DNA of 64,000 nt from Chthonomonadales bacterium (lineage in GTDB: Bacteria; Armatimonadota; Chthonomonadetes; Chthonomonadales; CAJBBX01): the NCBI GenBank assembly GCA_049967475.1, contig JBMFSQ010000007.1, positions 32,001-96,000 of the forward strand, given 5' to 3'. Of the stretch, positions 18,029 through 27,900 are shown piece by piece. The translations under genes and the position numbers were made by a program. Each line of letters begins with the position of its first letter. Position 1 is the first letter of the stretch. Under the pieces are notes generated by a model, which was not told where the DNA came from, ran no database searches, and worked only from the letters and a program-made list of their open reading frames with translations.

Positions 18029-19837
18029 ATGGCGAACAGACGACACACAGCAGGAATATCCCTCATCGAAGTGATGGTGGTGATGGTGTTGCTGCTCATC
18101 GGGATCTTCTCGGTGATCCGCCTCTTTCCGCCAGGCTTCCTCATCAACAAGGAGACGGAAGCCGCTACGCTGGCCGCCCGCCTGGCACAGCAAGAAGTGG
18201 ATCGCTTCAGCAACAATTCCGCTAACCTCATGAGCGCCGTGGTTCCGATCCTCCCTGTGCCGGCCAATAACGCCTTTGGCTATGCTTTCCGCGTGGACAC
18301 CGATGCCACTCCGGATGACCTCAGCGAAGGGCAACCTGGGATCCCTGGGGTGGATCCCTACTACTATTCCAACGTGAACAAGATCCGCCGGATCATCGGC
18401 GAATTCGTGCGGATACCGATCCCTACGCCCATCGCAGCGGGGAAGGGGTCTGTTTACATGTTGAGTTCCGGGCCAGTGTACAACGTTCCGTGGGACGGCC
18501 AAACGGAAAGCATCTTCGTGCACGGGGCGCCCATGTTCCGGTCCGTTCAGGATGTGAACGACCCGTACGGCCCGCATCTTTCCCGGCCGCAGCAGTACGC
18601 CATAGACTACGACGACGCACAGGTGGCTTTCTTCCCGCAACCTTACGATCGGCAATTCCTAGCCACGTACAGCTACTACGATGCCAACAACATCGTGCAG
18701 ACCATCGTGGATGAAGTAATTTCGATCCCGGCGGGGACCTTTGGCTGGGTTCCGTTCACCGGGAATAACGGCCGGCCCCTGGTGCCCGGCAGTGACACGA
18801 TCTCGCGGAAATTCATCCGCATCACGCCTGATCCCAACACGGGCCGATATGCTTGGTCGCCGAACGACCCATACCAATACGATGTTCTTTCTGCCAACGA
18901 CGGCACGTTTGCCAACGTAGGGGTTTTGGTATTCAACCCATTGGGTCATAACTTCAACGAGAGCACACCGGGCGGCGTCCAACCCCTGAGCGCACGGATT
19001 GATTACGACGTTTTGGATTGGCGCATCATCCGGGAGGATCGGCCTATGCCCGGGGCAGCGCCCTACGAGGTGCGCCTCACACTCAAGGACATCAAGAAGC
19101 TGGGCGACACGGACGACGACCAAACCCAATATATCGGTCTTTTCCGGGATCCTGCGATCCCCGCAGCGAACCGTGTGGACCTGCTGGTCTACAGCGTAGC
19201 CACAGGCGCGCGCATCCCGCAGGTGGATCCGAACACGAACCAACGCAACTGGATGGTGGATTACAAGCAGGGCATCGTAACCTTTACGGATGCGTTCGGA
19301 TCGCAGAACCAGGGCGGCGTGTTTCGGTTTTTCTATAAGGCGCATGGAGATTGGGCACTCCAGGTTCAGAAAGCGCCGGATCTTTACCGGTACCGCAATA
19401 CTCCCAACATCTCATTTGCGGAATACTACGTGCCCGTGCAGGCGGCAGACCCTGGCCGGCCCACCCGCATGTACTTCCCTTTGATGGATGCGGGCAAGAC
19501 CGTGGCAATTCGGGATCTTTGGTACAAAGACGGCTCCGGCACTTCTCACCACGTGACCAACGAGGCATACCGCATCAATCCTCTGCGCGCCAACTTCGAG
19601 ACCGTGGGGGGGCGGGTGCTGACGTACATAGACCTCACGGAGAAGCATCCCGACGCCGTCGGGTGGGACACGGCGCCCGCCGGCATCGCCGCCAACGGCG
19701 TCCAGGGCATCTCCTTTAAATCGCGCGTACTTTGGACCAACGGAAGCACGGTGTCTCAGGTGGCCGTGGGCAATGTGGTCCATACGCGGTGGCGGAAGAT
19801 AGATTTAGACACGTTTCTTACACGCACGGCTAATTGA
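18029..19837 (+). CDS. Large minor-pilin-like protein (PilV position), ~602 aa
   Basis: Class III signal MANRRHTAG|ISLIEVMVVMVLLLIGI; 'A..LAQQEVD' helix typical of PilV/GspI-like pilins. Confidence 0.8.
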   Translation: MANRRHTAGISLIEVMVVMVLLLIGIFSVIRLFPPGFLINKETEAATLAARLAQQEVDRFSNNSANLMSAVVPILPVPANNAFGYAFRVDTDATPDDLSEGQPGIPGVDPYYYSNVNKIRRIIGEFVRIPIPTPIAAGKGSVYMLSSGPVYNVPWDGQTESIFVHGAPMFRSVQDVNDPYGPHLSRPQQYAIDYDDAQVAFFPQPYDRQFLATYSYYDANNIVQTIVDEVISIPAGTFGWVPFTGNNGRPLVPGSDTISRKFIRITPDPNTGRYAWSPNDPYQYDVLSANDGTFANVGVLVFNPLGHNFNESTPGGVQPLSARIDYDVLDWRIIREDRPMPGAAPYEVRLTLKDIKKLGDTDDDQTQYIGLFRDPAIPAANRVDLLVYSVATGARIPQVDPNTNQRNWMVDYKQGIVTFTDAFGSQNQGGVFRFFYKAHGDWALQVQKAPDLYRYRNTPNISFAEYYVPVQAADPGRPTRMYFPLMDAGKTVAIRDLWYKDGSGTSHHVTNEAYRINPLRANFETVGGRVLTYIDLTEKHPDAVGWDTAPAGIAANGVQGISFKSRVLWTNGSTVSQVAVGNVVHTRWRKIDLDTFLTRTAN

Positions 19838-19851
19838 GAGACACGGGTCCG

Positions 19852-21921
19852 ATGAGATCGCAGAGGACACAGGCTAGGGTAGGGCGTGGTTTCACGCTGA
19901 TTGAACTTTTGGTAGTGATGGCGATCACGACCATCCTGCTGGGTTTGATCTTCGGCCCGCTGGTTCAGAGCTTCAACCTCACCAACCGCGCCCGCGTACA
20001 GGTTTTGGCTCAGGACACGGCACGTTCCACGATGGAGATCCTGCAGCGGGATTTGGCCAACGGTGTCTTTGTATTCGACGAGATCCCATCCCCTGGGCAA
20101 CTGCAACCAGGCGAAGCGCCCTTGCCCAACAGCATCCGGTTTTGGGTGCGCGACAATACGGGGACGATGCGTTCGATGCTGCTGCCCTATTCCATGATGG
20201 ACCTTGTTCCTCCCGCGCGTGCGAATGACCAAAACGCCGCGGTGCCCGTAAGCCAAATAGATCCTACTACCGGTTTGCCCATCAATCGGGGGGACCTGGC
20301 GCTGCCGGTGGCTCCGGGCCGCGTAATCGTTCGGTACTTTTTAGGGCTGCGAGACAATCACACCCCGCCCAATGCTGCTCAAGGGAGCGGACCTGCGATC
20401 CCCTACGGCGACTATTACGACAACCCGCGGGACCCGTTCGTCAATTCCGTGTCGCTCCACAATCCGATGATCCTTTATCGGGCGGTGGTGTCACCCTATC
20501 TGCCGGATGGCCAGGTGGATCGGCGCCTTTTCCATGTAGACGCCAATGGGCGGCCCATCCTTTACGATCCGGATTTCTTCTGCGACAGCTCACCCGCGGG
20601 CGCCGTATTGCTGCCGGGCGGGATTGCGTCGACCGCCGTGCCCGGGTGGAAGGATGACAACGGCGATGGGCGTGCGGAGATTTGCGAGAACTGGCGCGCC
20701 ATAGCCCGGCCCGTGGTTCCAGTAGACCGAGCAGACGAAGTATTGCTGCAACGAGACAACCAAGGCAACGTACTCTACGATGCAAACACGGGATTGCCTC
20801 GCCCGGCGACCCAGGTGCGCCTGCAGCCGGCCTACGTGGGTAATGACGCCGGCGCTCCTTCGGCTTTGGGAGACGTGGGTAACGAGAGCCCCGTCGTAGC
20901 GCCGGCATCATGGATCGAAACCAATGGGGCGTGGGTTACCCCCTACCGGGTGTTTGTATTTCGATCGGGCTTGGATGCGACGGTGCTCAATTACTTCCTG
21001 GCGACGGGCGACGGCACCATCCACCATCAAACGTATGACACGGGGACAGGAGGCACCACGGACACGCTGACGGACTTCCAACTGGACGCGAATGGTGAAC
21101 TTCCATTGGGGAAGCGGCCCGACATGATGTTCACGGTAGACGTGAACCGTGGAATGGTGAACTTCATCTTCCCGGATTGGGTGGTACTGCACAATGCCAA
21201 CGGGAAGCCCATTCCTTCGGTATACAACACCGCGGATATCAATGCGCGATACGCCGCTGCAGTTCAATCCCAGGGGGGAGCCAACAACAACGTTTACCGA
21301 TACATCAGCCTTGCGAGCTTGGATCCCAAGGACAACCCGGATATCGGGCAGGCGCCGGCACCACCCCGGCCTCCCCTCGAGAAGCAGGCGGATGGGCGCA
21401 CCTACATCCCCAACGTGCGCATCGTTCCGGGGTCGGAGGTAGTGACTGGGCCCGACATGCGCCCCGGCCCGCACTACGGCCAGGAAATCACCTACACGCG
21501 TGTACCGCGCTGGGGCAACGATCCCATGAAGTTGGGGCCCAATGAATACATGATCAACTACACCGATGGGCCCAACAACACAACGAATGACCCCCTGCAG
21601 GCAGCGGGCACCATCATCTTCGATAGTCAACCGGATCCGGATCCGGCGCCAGATCCAAACAATCCCGACGGCAAGCCCCGGGTCCATTGGCTGCCGGTGT
21701 TTGCCTACGACAACAACGGCAATTTAACCGCTCCTGCAGCCAAGATCAAGGTTACGTACAAGATCCAGAACAATCTGCCCAGCGATGTGGTGAAGGCCGA
21801 TTACCTCACTCGGCAGTTGATGACCGTGTCCGTTGGAGTGCGGCTTTTCGACCTCAATTCGGGACAGCCTCAACAGGCAACACTGACGCAGCAGGTGAAG
21901 GTTCGCAATATCCAGAGATAG
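19852..21921 (+). CDS. Large minor-pilin-like protein (PilW position), ~689 aa
   Basis: Class III signal RG|FTLIELLVVMAITTILLG; 'Q..AR..M..L.RDL' helix and C-terminal 'LTQQVKVRN', both PilW/GspJ-like. Confidence 0.82.
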   Translation: MRSQRTQARVGRGFTLIELLVVMAITTILLGLIFGPLVQSFNLTNRARVQVLAQDTARSTMEILQRDLANGVFVFDEIPSPGQLQPGEAPLPNSIRFWVRDNTGTMRSMLLPYSMMDLVPPARANDQNAAVPVSQIDPTTGLPINRGDLALPVAPGRVIVRYFLGLRDNHTPPNAAQGSGPAIPYGDYYDNPRDPFVNSVSLHNPMILYRAVVSPYLPDGQVDRRLFHVDANGRPILYDPDFFCDSSPAGAVLLPGGIASTAVPGWKDDNGDGRAEICENWRAIARPVVPVDRADEVLLQRDNQGNVLYDANTGLPRPATQVRLQPAYVGNDAGAPSALGDVGNESPVVAPASWIETNGAWVTPYRVFVFRSGLDATVLNYFLATGDGTIHHQTYDTGTGGTTDTLTDFQLDANGELPLGKRPDMMFTVDVNRGMVNFIFPDWVVLHNANGKPIPSVYNTADINARYAAAVQSQGGANNNVYRYISLASLDPKDNPDIGQAPAPPRPPLEKQADGRTYIPNVRIVPGSEVVTGPDMRPGPHYGQEITYTRVPRWGNDPMKLGPNEYMINYTDGPNNTTNDPLQAAGTIIFDSQPDPDPAPDPNNPDGKPRVHWLPVFAYDNNGNLTAPAAKIKVTYKIQNNLPSDVVKADYLTRQLMTVSVGVRLFDLNSGQPQQATLTQQVKVRNIQR

Positions 21922-21948
21922 CGCTGGGCGGATCCGGATAGGCATGCG

Positions 21949-24900
21949 ATGAAGAAGAACCACCAGATGGAACTATGGGGCTTCAGAAAGCGGCAAAAGG
22001 GCCAGTCCCTGGTCGTTGCCGTAATCGTCATGTTCGTGCTTCTTTTTGTCGGCGGCATCTTCGTGGGGCTTGTGGCGCGCAATCTGCTCAACACCGGCCG
22101 AGCTCGGGAAACACTGGGCGCCTATGATTTCGCCATGGCGGGTCTGAGATACGCAGAGTATTACCTTCAAAACAGCCCGGAAGGGGCGGACTGGCGCCCT
22201 GCGCCTACGCCGCCCATCAACCCCAACGATCCCGACCGCCGCTGGCTGGATCCGGCAATCACCTATCCGCCCTTCACGCGCATTGATATGGGCAACGGCC
22301 GCGCGCTGATCCGCGTGAGTTACCAGCCTGGGTACAGCGGAGGCGTGGTGAACCCGCTGGGCAAGTACATCAAGATCGAGTCCGTAGGACGAAGCGGCTT
22401 CCTGAACCCCAGCGACCCCACTACGTTTCTGAATACGCCGGCACCGCGGCTGCGGCGGGAACTCGTGGGATACAAGGCCATCGGCATCACAGACTTCGTT
22501 CGGTTTGTGACCAATAAAAACAACGAGCCCAAATTCGAGGCGGATCTGGGCGTGCCGCCTGTGGGAGTTCCCGTCTTCACCGAGTACGGCGAGCTGCCGG
22601 TACGCACCCCTGGGTTGAACGATCCCAATTATAAGGTTCCCGGCGCGCCGATCATGGTGAATGGCGATGTGAACCTGCTGTACAATCTGGTGCTGGCGAT
22701 ACAGCCCGGCAATTCCGAGGCCGTTTTGGCAGCAGGCAAGATTGACACTCAGTGGCACCGTGAGGGCAAGCTCCCGCCCGACAACGGCTCCGATCCCCTG
22801 CACGTATTCCCCAGATACGTAGATCTTTCCAACCAGCCGGCTGCGTGGAGTTCCAACCATGATCCCACGGTGCTGCCCATCATTCGCTACAGTGATGATC
22901 CCCTGTTCGACACCTTCGGGGGCCACATCCGGGATGCCGCGGGTGTGCCGGACAACAACGGGTATGTGCGGGGCGTTCCGCGCCTCAACCCCCCGTTGAT
23001 TGATGCCGTGGATCCCGCGACGAATGTAGACCGGTACCGGGCTCTGACCCGCGATTCCGGGCGCTGGTTCGGCGGACCAGGGGGTTTCAACACCGGCCGC
23101 ATCGCTATGGGCGCGGGGATATGGATCAATAACTTCAACGACCAGGAACGCGAGAGCCAAGGGGTGGCAGGCGGCAAGACGCTGCGGTCTATTTGGCTCA
23201 ACCCACAAACCTACCCGGAGTATTGGAACGGCCCTTACTTCCTGCCGCCTGGAGCCATCGTTGAGTTTGGGTACCCCATCTCCCATCCCATAGATGCGCA
23301 GGGGAACGTGGACTTCAACAATTACACAGCGCTGCCGGGCTTCCGCATCGTGCGGGACCCCAGCGATCGCCCCTTCTTCGACCCGAGCGGCGCTACGTCG
23401 CCCAGAGAAGTTGTGTGGACCTTCTTCATTTACAAGCCTGCCGGGCAGCGACCCGTGATCAAACTCGAGAACCCGCTGCTGCGGAACTTTGCGCGCACGC
23501 GGCTGGGTTTGAGCGATCAGGATATCAACCGCCTGTTGCCGGCATTCGATGGCGTGATCATGGCCGAGGGCAATGTGCGCACACGGGGCCTCCTGCCCTC
23601 CAAAACCAACATGCCCGTTGTGCATGAAGCGGGGGATCCCGACAACCTGACGGATGATCAGATCCGCGATGCTGCGAACCCTCCGGCAATCACGCTGGTG
23701 TCGGCTGCGACCATCTATATCGAGGGGAGCTTGGTTCGCGAAAGCTATACCGAGAAGGTGAGCGGGCGCACGGTTCCCGGCAGCAGCCTGGCGCTGTTGG
23801 CCCTCAATTCTGTAGCGGTGAACACGACGGTCTTCATGGCGCCCAACAAGAATATGTACTTTGCCTCCTCAGACCAGGACCAATTGCCGCCGTTCCACAC
23901 GGCCATTGATGTAGGGGAGGCCGCCGCGACACCTCCGTTTGCATTGAGCTTTCTGTTCGGGGACGACCCCACCGGCTACACGGTGAATGGGAGTGCGGTA
24001 CCGTTGTACCTGATGCTTCGCCATGGGACCAATCAGCCCCTTACGTACCTGAACCTATTCGTGAATGAGCAATTCCCAGGCGCAGCGCCAAGTGCGTCTC
24101 GGTATGTGTTTGCGCCTAATGCGCTGGATCCGTATGCGTATCCGTTGGTCACGTTCGAACAGCGGGATTTTCAGTTCCTTCCCCAGCCGAACAATGCAAC
24201 GTATACCGTCTTTGCCACGCCGGGTGTCGCCAACACGGTCCGGCCCGGTGTGGATCCAAACTTTGCAGAGAATACGCCGGTGCAACCCTATCTCTTCTCA
24301 CGGGCGGCCATCGAGCCCATGGACGTGCGCATCGAGGCGGTGATCTACGCCGAGAACGGATCCTTCTTTGTGATCCCCGGGTACTCGCTCAACATGGATC
24401 CGAGCGACACGCGGGATGCGGCTCTTCGGCGGGCTGCGGCTGCTGGGTTGCCTCAGGGCACGATGCTTCGCCCCGCGGGGACCAGCGACCGGTATCCCTT
24501 CTATGGTGAGCCGTACGACTGCCGCATCACCATCGTGGGGGCTGTGGCGGAGAACCGAACAGCCAGCATCGCGGATCAGGCAGCATGGATGCGGCTTTGG
24601 GGATACATCCCCAGCGTGAACGGATCCACGGGGAAAGGACCCGGGGGCGGGAACCCCGATGCGGTTCCGGATGCCCATCTGAAGATTGATGAAGTGGGCG
24701 GTTCGCTGGCCACGGATTACCGCACCACCATGGAGAAGAATGCGGGCATCACCCGCGGTTTGCGCTTCCTTTACGATCCTTTGTTGCGTATGCCCTATGC
24801 AGGTTACAATCCTGCCGGCGGCCAGCCTCTGGTGCTGAATTCGTGGAACCACGTGCTGGGCGGCGCCGTGCGCCAGGATGACTACGGCCGGCCGCTTCCG

Positions 24901-24960
24901 CCGGCGCCGCGGCTTCCATTGTGTCCCGGTTTCGTGTTCTATGGAGAGGTGAGGCAATGA
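21949..24960 (+). CDS. Giant minor-pilin-like protein (PilX/GspK position), 1003 aa
   Basis: KRQKG|QSLVVAVIVMFVLLFVG lacks Glu+5, as in PilX/GspK. 'A...A.AGL.YA' helix and 'IKIESVG' strand are PilX-like. Confidence 0.75.
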   Translation: MKKNHQMELWGFRKRQKGQSLVVAVIVMFVLLFVGGIFVGLVARNLLNTGRARETLGAYDFAMAGLRYAEYYLQNSPEGADWRPAPTPPINPNDPDRRWLDPAITYPPFTRIDMGNGRALIRVSYQPGYSGGVVNPLGKYIKIESVGRSGFLNPSDPTTFLNTPAPRLRRELVGYKAIGITDFVRFVTNKNNEPKFEADLGVPPVGVPVFTEYGELPVRTPGLNDPNYKVPGAPIMVNGDVNLLYNLVLAIQPGNSEAVLAAGKIDTQWHREGKLPPDNGSDPLHVFPRYVDLSNQPAAWSSNHDPTVLPIIRYSDDPLFDTFGGHIRDAAGVPDNNGYVRGVPRLNPPLIDAVDPATNVDRYRALTRDSGRWFGGPGGFNTGRIAMGAGIWINNFNDQERESQGVAGGKTLRSIWLNPQTYPEYWNGPYFLPPGAIVEFGYPISHPIDAQGNVDFNNYTALPGFRIVRDPSDRPFFDPSGATSPREVVWTFFIYKPAGQRPVIKLENPLLRNFARTRLGLSDQDINRLLPAFDGVIMAEGNVRTRGLLPSKTNMPVVHEAGDPDNLTDDQIRDAANPPAITLVSAATIYIEGSLVRESYTEKVSGRTVPGSSLALLALNSVAVNTTVFMAPNKNMYFASSDQDQLPPFHTAIDVGEAAATPPFALSFLFGDDPTGYTVNGSAVPLYLMLRHGTNQPLTYLNLFVNEQFPGAAPSASRYVFAPNALDPYAYPLVTFEQRDFQFLPQPNNATYTVFATPGVANTVRPGVDPNFAENTPVQPYLFSRAAIEPMDVRIEAVIYAENGSFFVIPGYSLNMDPSDTRDAALRRAAAAGLPQGTMLRPAGTSDRYPFYGEPYDCRITIVGAVAENRTASIADQAAWMRLWGYIPSVNGSTGKGPGGGNPDAVPDAHLKIDEVGGSLATDYRTTMEKNAGITRGLRFLYDPLLRMPYAGYNPAGGQPLVLNSWNHVLGGAVRQDDYGRPLPPAPRLPLCPGFVFYGEVRQ

Positions 24961-27900
24961 TGCGCGGGATGCGATGGTCTGCTCTATGGTTTGGGATTTT
25001 GCGGGATAGGGCGGTTCGGCCGAGCAGTAGCCCGGGGCTTTTCGGCCGGCCGATGCGTGAGGCGCTCGTTGTGGCGCTGCTGGGGTTATTCCTGGGGGGG
25101 CGCGCATCTGCTGATGCCCACTTTTATGCCAGCCAACGCCGACAGGTACGAGTAGGCATCGTCGTGTCCCAGGCGCTGGATGCCGGAGGAACGCTGGGAT
25201 CCGAGAACCCGGATCCGCACGTTTTCTACGTGTTGGACTCGCGCACAGACCTAAAGCCGGCCGGGATGGAATTTGTGAACCCCATGGCTCCGGCCGTAAT
25301 CACTCCTGCGATCTACCAGCGCTGGCGCAACCGCCCGCGGCCCGGCTTTCCGGACCCGGCGTTCGTGCAGGGGACGCCCCAATACGCACTCTTCCAGGTG
25401 GGGAACCGCGTCACCAAGAACATGGGGGCCTATTGGGAGGTCAACGTGGACACGGCCTCCGATGACGATCTGCGGCAATTCGACCTGCTCTATATTCATT
25501 CGCATATGCCGGCCATTCATTTCACTCCGGACGTTCTGGCCAAGTTGCGCCGCTTCATGGATGAGGGAGGAACGCTGTGGGTGGAGAATTGCGGCAACAT
25601 GGGCTTCAGCGCCAACGATCCGTTCCTCTTCGACATTCAGATGCACTCGGGGAACGCGCCGGGCGCCGGAGCCGTCATCGCGACCCCCAATCACCCTCTG
25701 CTTACGTACCCGTATGTTCTAAGCCCTCAGGAAGTGCAGCAACTCGGGGACAAGCGGGTAGCCGGTTATTACGTATACGACATTACAGATCCCAATGGAG
25801 CTGCGCACCCCAACTCGGTGCCTGGGCGCGAGACGTTGGCTCCCATCGTTTGGAACACGTTGGGGAACGCGCCTCAGCAGGGGCCGGGGGGCTTTTATCT
25901 TCCGGCGCCATCGTGGCGGGCCATGATCCTCGCCGGTCAGGTTGGGGCTGGGCGCCTCGTCGTAAGTTCACAGGATAGCGGCTGCTCCATCAACGACTAC
26001 GTGGGAGGGGTCAACGTGGGTTACGGCGGCAATAGCGGCGCCATCTCGGGAGACAACTTCCTCGCCGCTCGGCCCATGGACCTGGAATTCGTGTACAACA
26101 TGGCCACATGGGCTACTGCCCACATGACGGGGCTGGCCAACGCGCGAAGAACGAGCAGCGCTTCCGAAACCGTCGCACCCGTGCTTTCGGACAAGTGGGC
26201 GTGGCCTACGCAGAATGGCGGAACGGCCAAGTCCGGCGGAGTGACGTACTACAAAAACTGCGTTTTCACCGTGGATGGCGACCTGGTTCTTCACTGTTTC
26301 GACGCGCGGCCCGACGAAGACTTGGACGGGGATCAGAACCCAGATGACGGTCTGCCCGATTTCATCGCGGGCCAGCCGTACGATGAGGTGTGGAGGTTCC
26401 CGCTGAAGTCGGTAGACGCCAACGCCCAAGCGGCATCAACTCCCACCGTGTTCGAATTCTACGATGCGGATTACATCAACCGGCACGGCGCCACAACGGG
26501 GGACCTTGCGAACTTCAACCAGCGGGAACTGGTGGCCGTTACGCTTTCTGACGGGACGATTGTGGCCTTGCGCGCCTTCCCCCGGCTGGCGACGCCCGGT
26601 GTTCCGCTTGCTCCTCACACAAACGTAGAGTGGGTAGTTCAATTCGGCGCCGATTACCCCATGAGCTTCGACGGCCGCGCGCCCGTTGACGACACCGGGA
26701 ACCCCACGTGGATGGCGCCCGTGCCCTCCGTGGCCTTTTCCGAGGGTGTGGTATTCGCCGGCATCAACACTCCCAATGGCGGCCGAGTGGTGGCTATTGA
26801 TCCTCGAGAAGGGTTGAGCGCGCTCCGGCCGGGACCTCTGGGCGCGAACGGCGACACGGCGGACAAGTGCGCGGTTCCCGATGTGCCGGTGGGAATGCCC
26901 TCCATCCTGAGTGCACCTACCGTGGGTTACCAGCGGGACGAAGCCACAGGCGCTCAGGACAAGATGGTGTACGTGGCTGTTCCGCGCCCCCAGAATGGGC
27001 CCATGCTGCCCGAAACGATACGGGCCTTTTGGTTCGCCACAAAGGGTGAGCCGTTGCGGTTCCTGCGGGATGACAATAACGCGTCGCCCGCCCGGACTTA
27101 CTATGTGTCTCGTGCAGACAAACCCTGGTTTCTGTTCGATCCCAACGCGCCGGGCAACGACAATCAGGCTCTACGCCAGCGGGTATTCCACCGCTATACG
27201 GACCCGGTGACCGGCCAGTCCCTTATCGAGGAACTGAGGTACATCCCCCTCAGCAACATCAACCAGTTGGACACCAACACCTATTCCGTGGACGTTACCA
27301 AGGTTCCAGTCCAGGTAATCCTGAGCACTCAGGTGAACCGGCCTGGCGGAGGGACGGCTGCGCGAGATCCCAACCTAGACAGTTACTATGCCGATTACAC
27401 GCTGGATTGGGATCCCCAGGTTCAGAACCAGCAGAAAGTAAACGCCCGCAGTGTACTGATTGCTCCGGATCCTCAACAAACCGGCGCCCATATCGGCGGA
27501 GCACCGGCTCTATCCGGCGACAATCTCTTGTTTTACAACGTGAGCACGGTGCCGCCGGCAGGGCTGACGACTTCTGCGGGCGCAGGCGTGGTCTTCGGCG
27601 CAGAGGAACAGTTCTTGCGCACGGCGTTGAAGTGGACCTATGTGATGCACAATGGGTTCACGCTCACGGTGAACGGACAGGCGACGACGATCCCGCCGCG
27701 GCTACGCTTCATTGACACGGATCCGCGCTGGGCTGCATATTCCGGGCAATCGCTTACCGACGTGCAGTTCGTGGGCTCGCCTGCCTACGCCAATGGAACG
27801 GTCTATTCGGTAGCGCACGCACGCATCCAGGGTCCCGCGTTTGCCACGTACCCGGTGTCCGTGCTCTGCGCATTCAAGGCGAACCCCGAAATTGTGCTCC

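Noticed and set aside
19886..19903. GTTTCACG as a parS half-site
   Set aside because: It is not palindromic and simply encodes the G-F-T prepilin cleavage motif.
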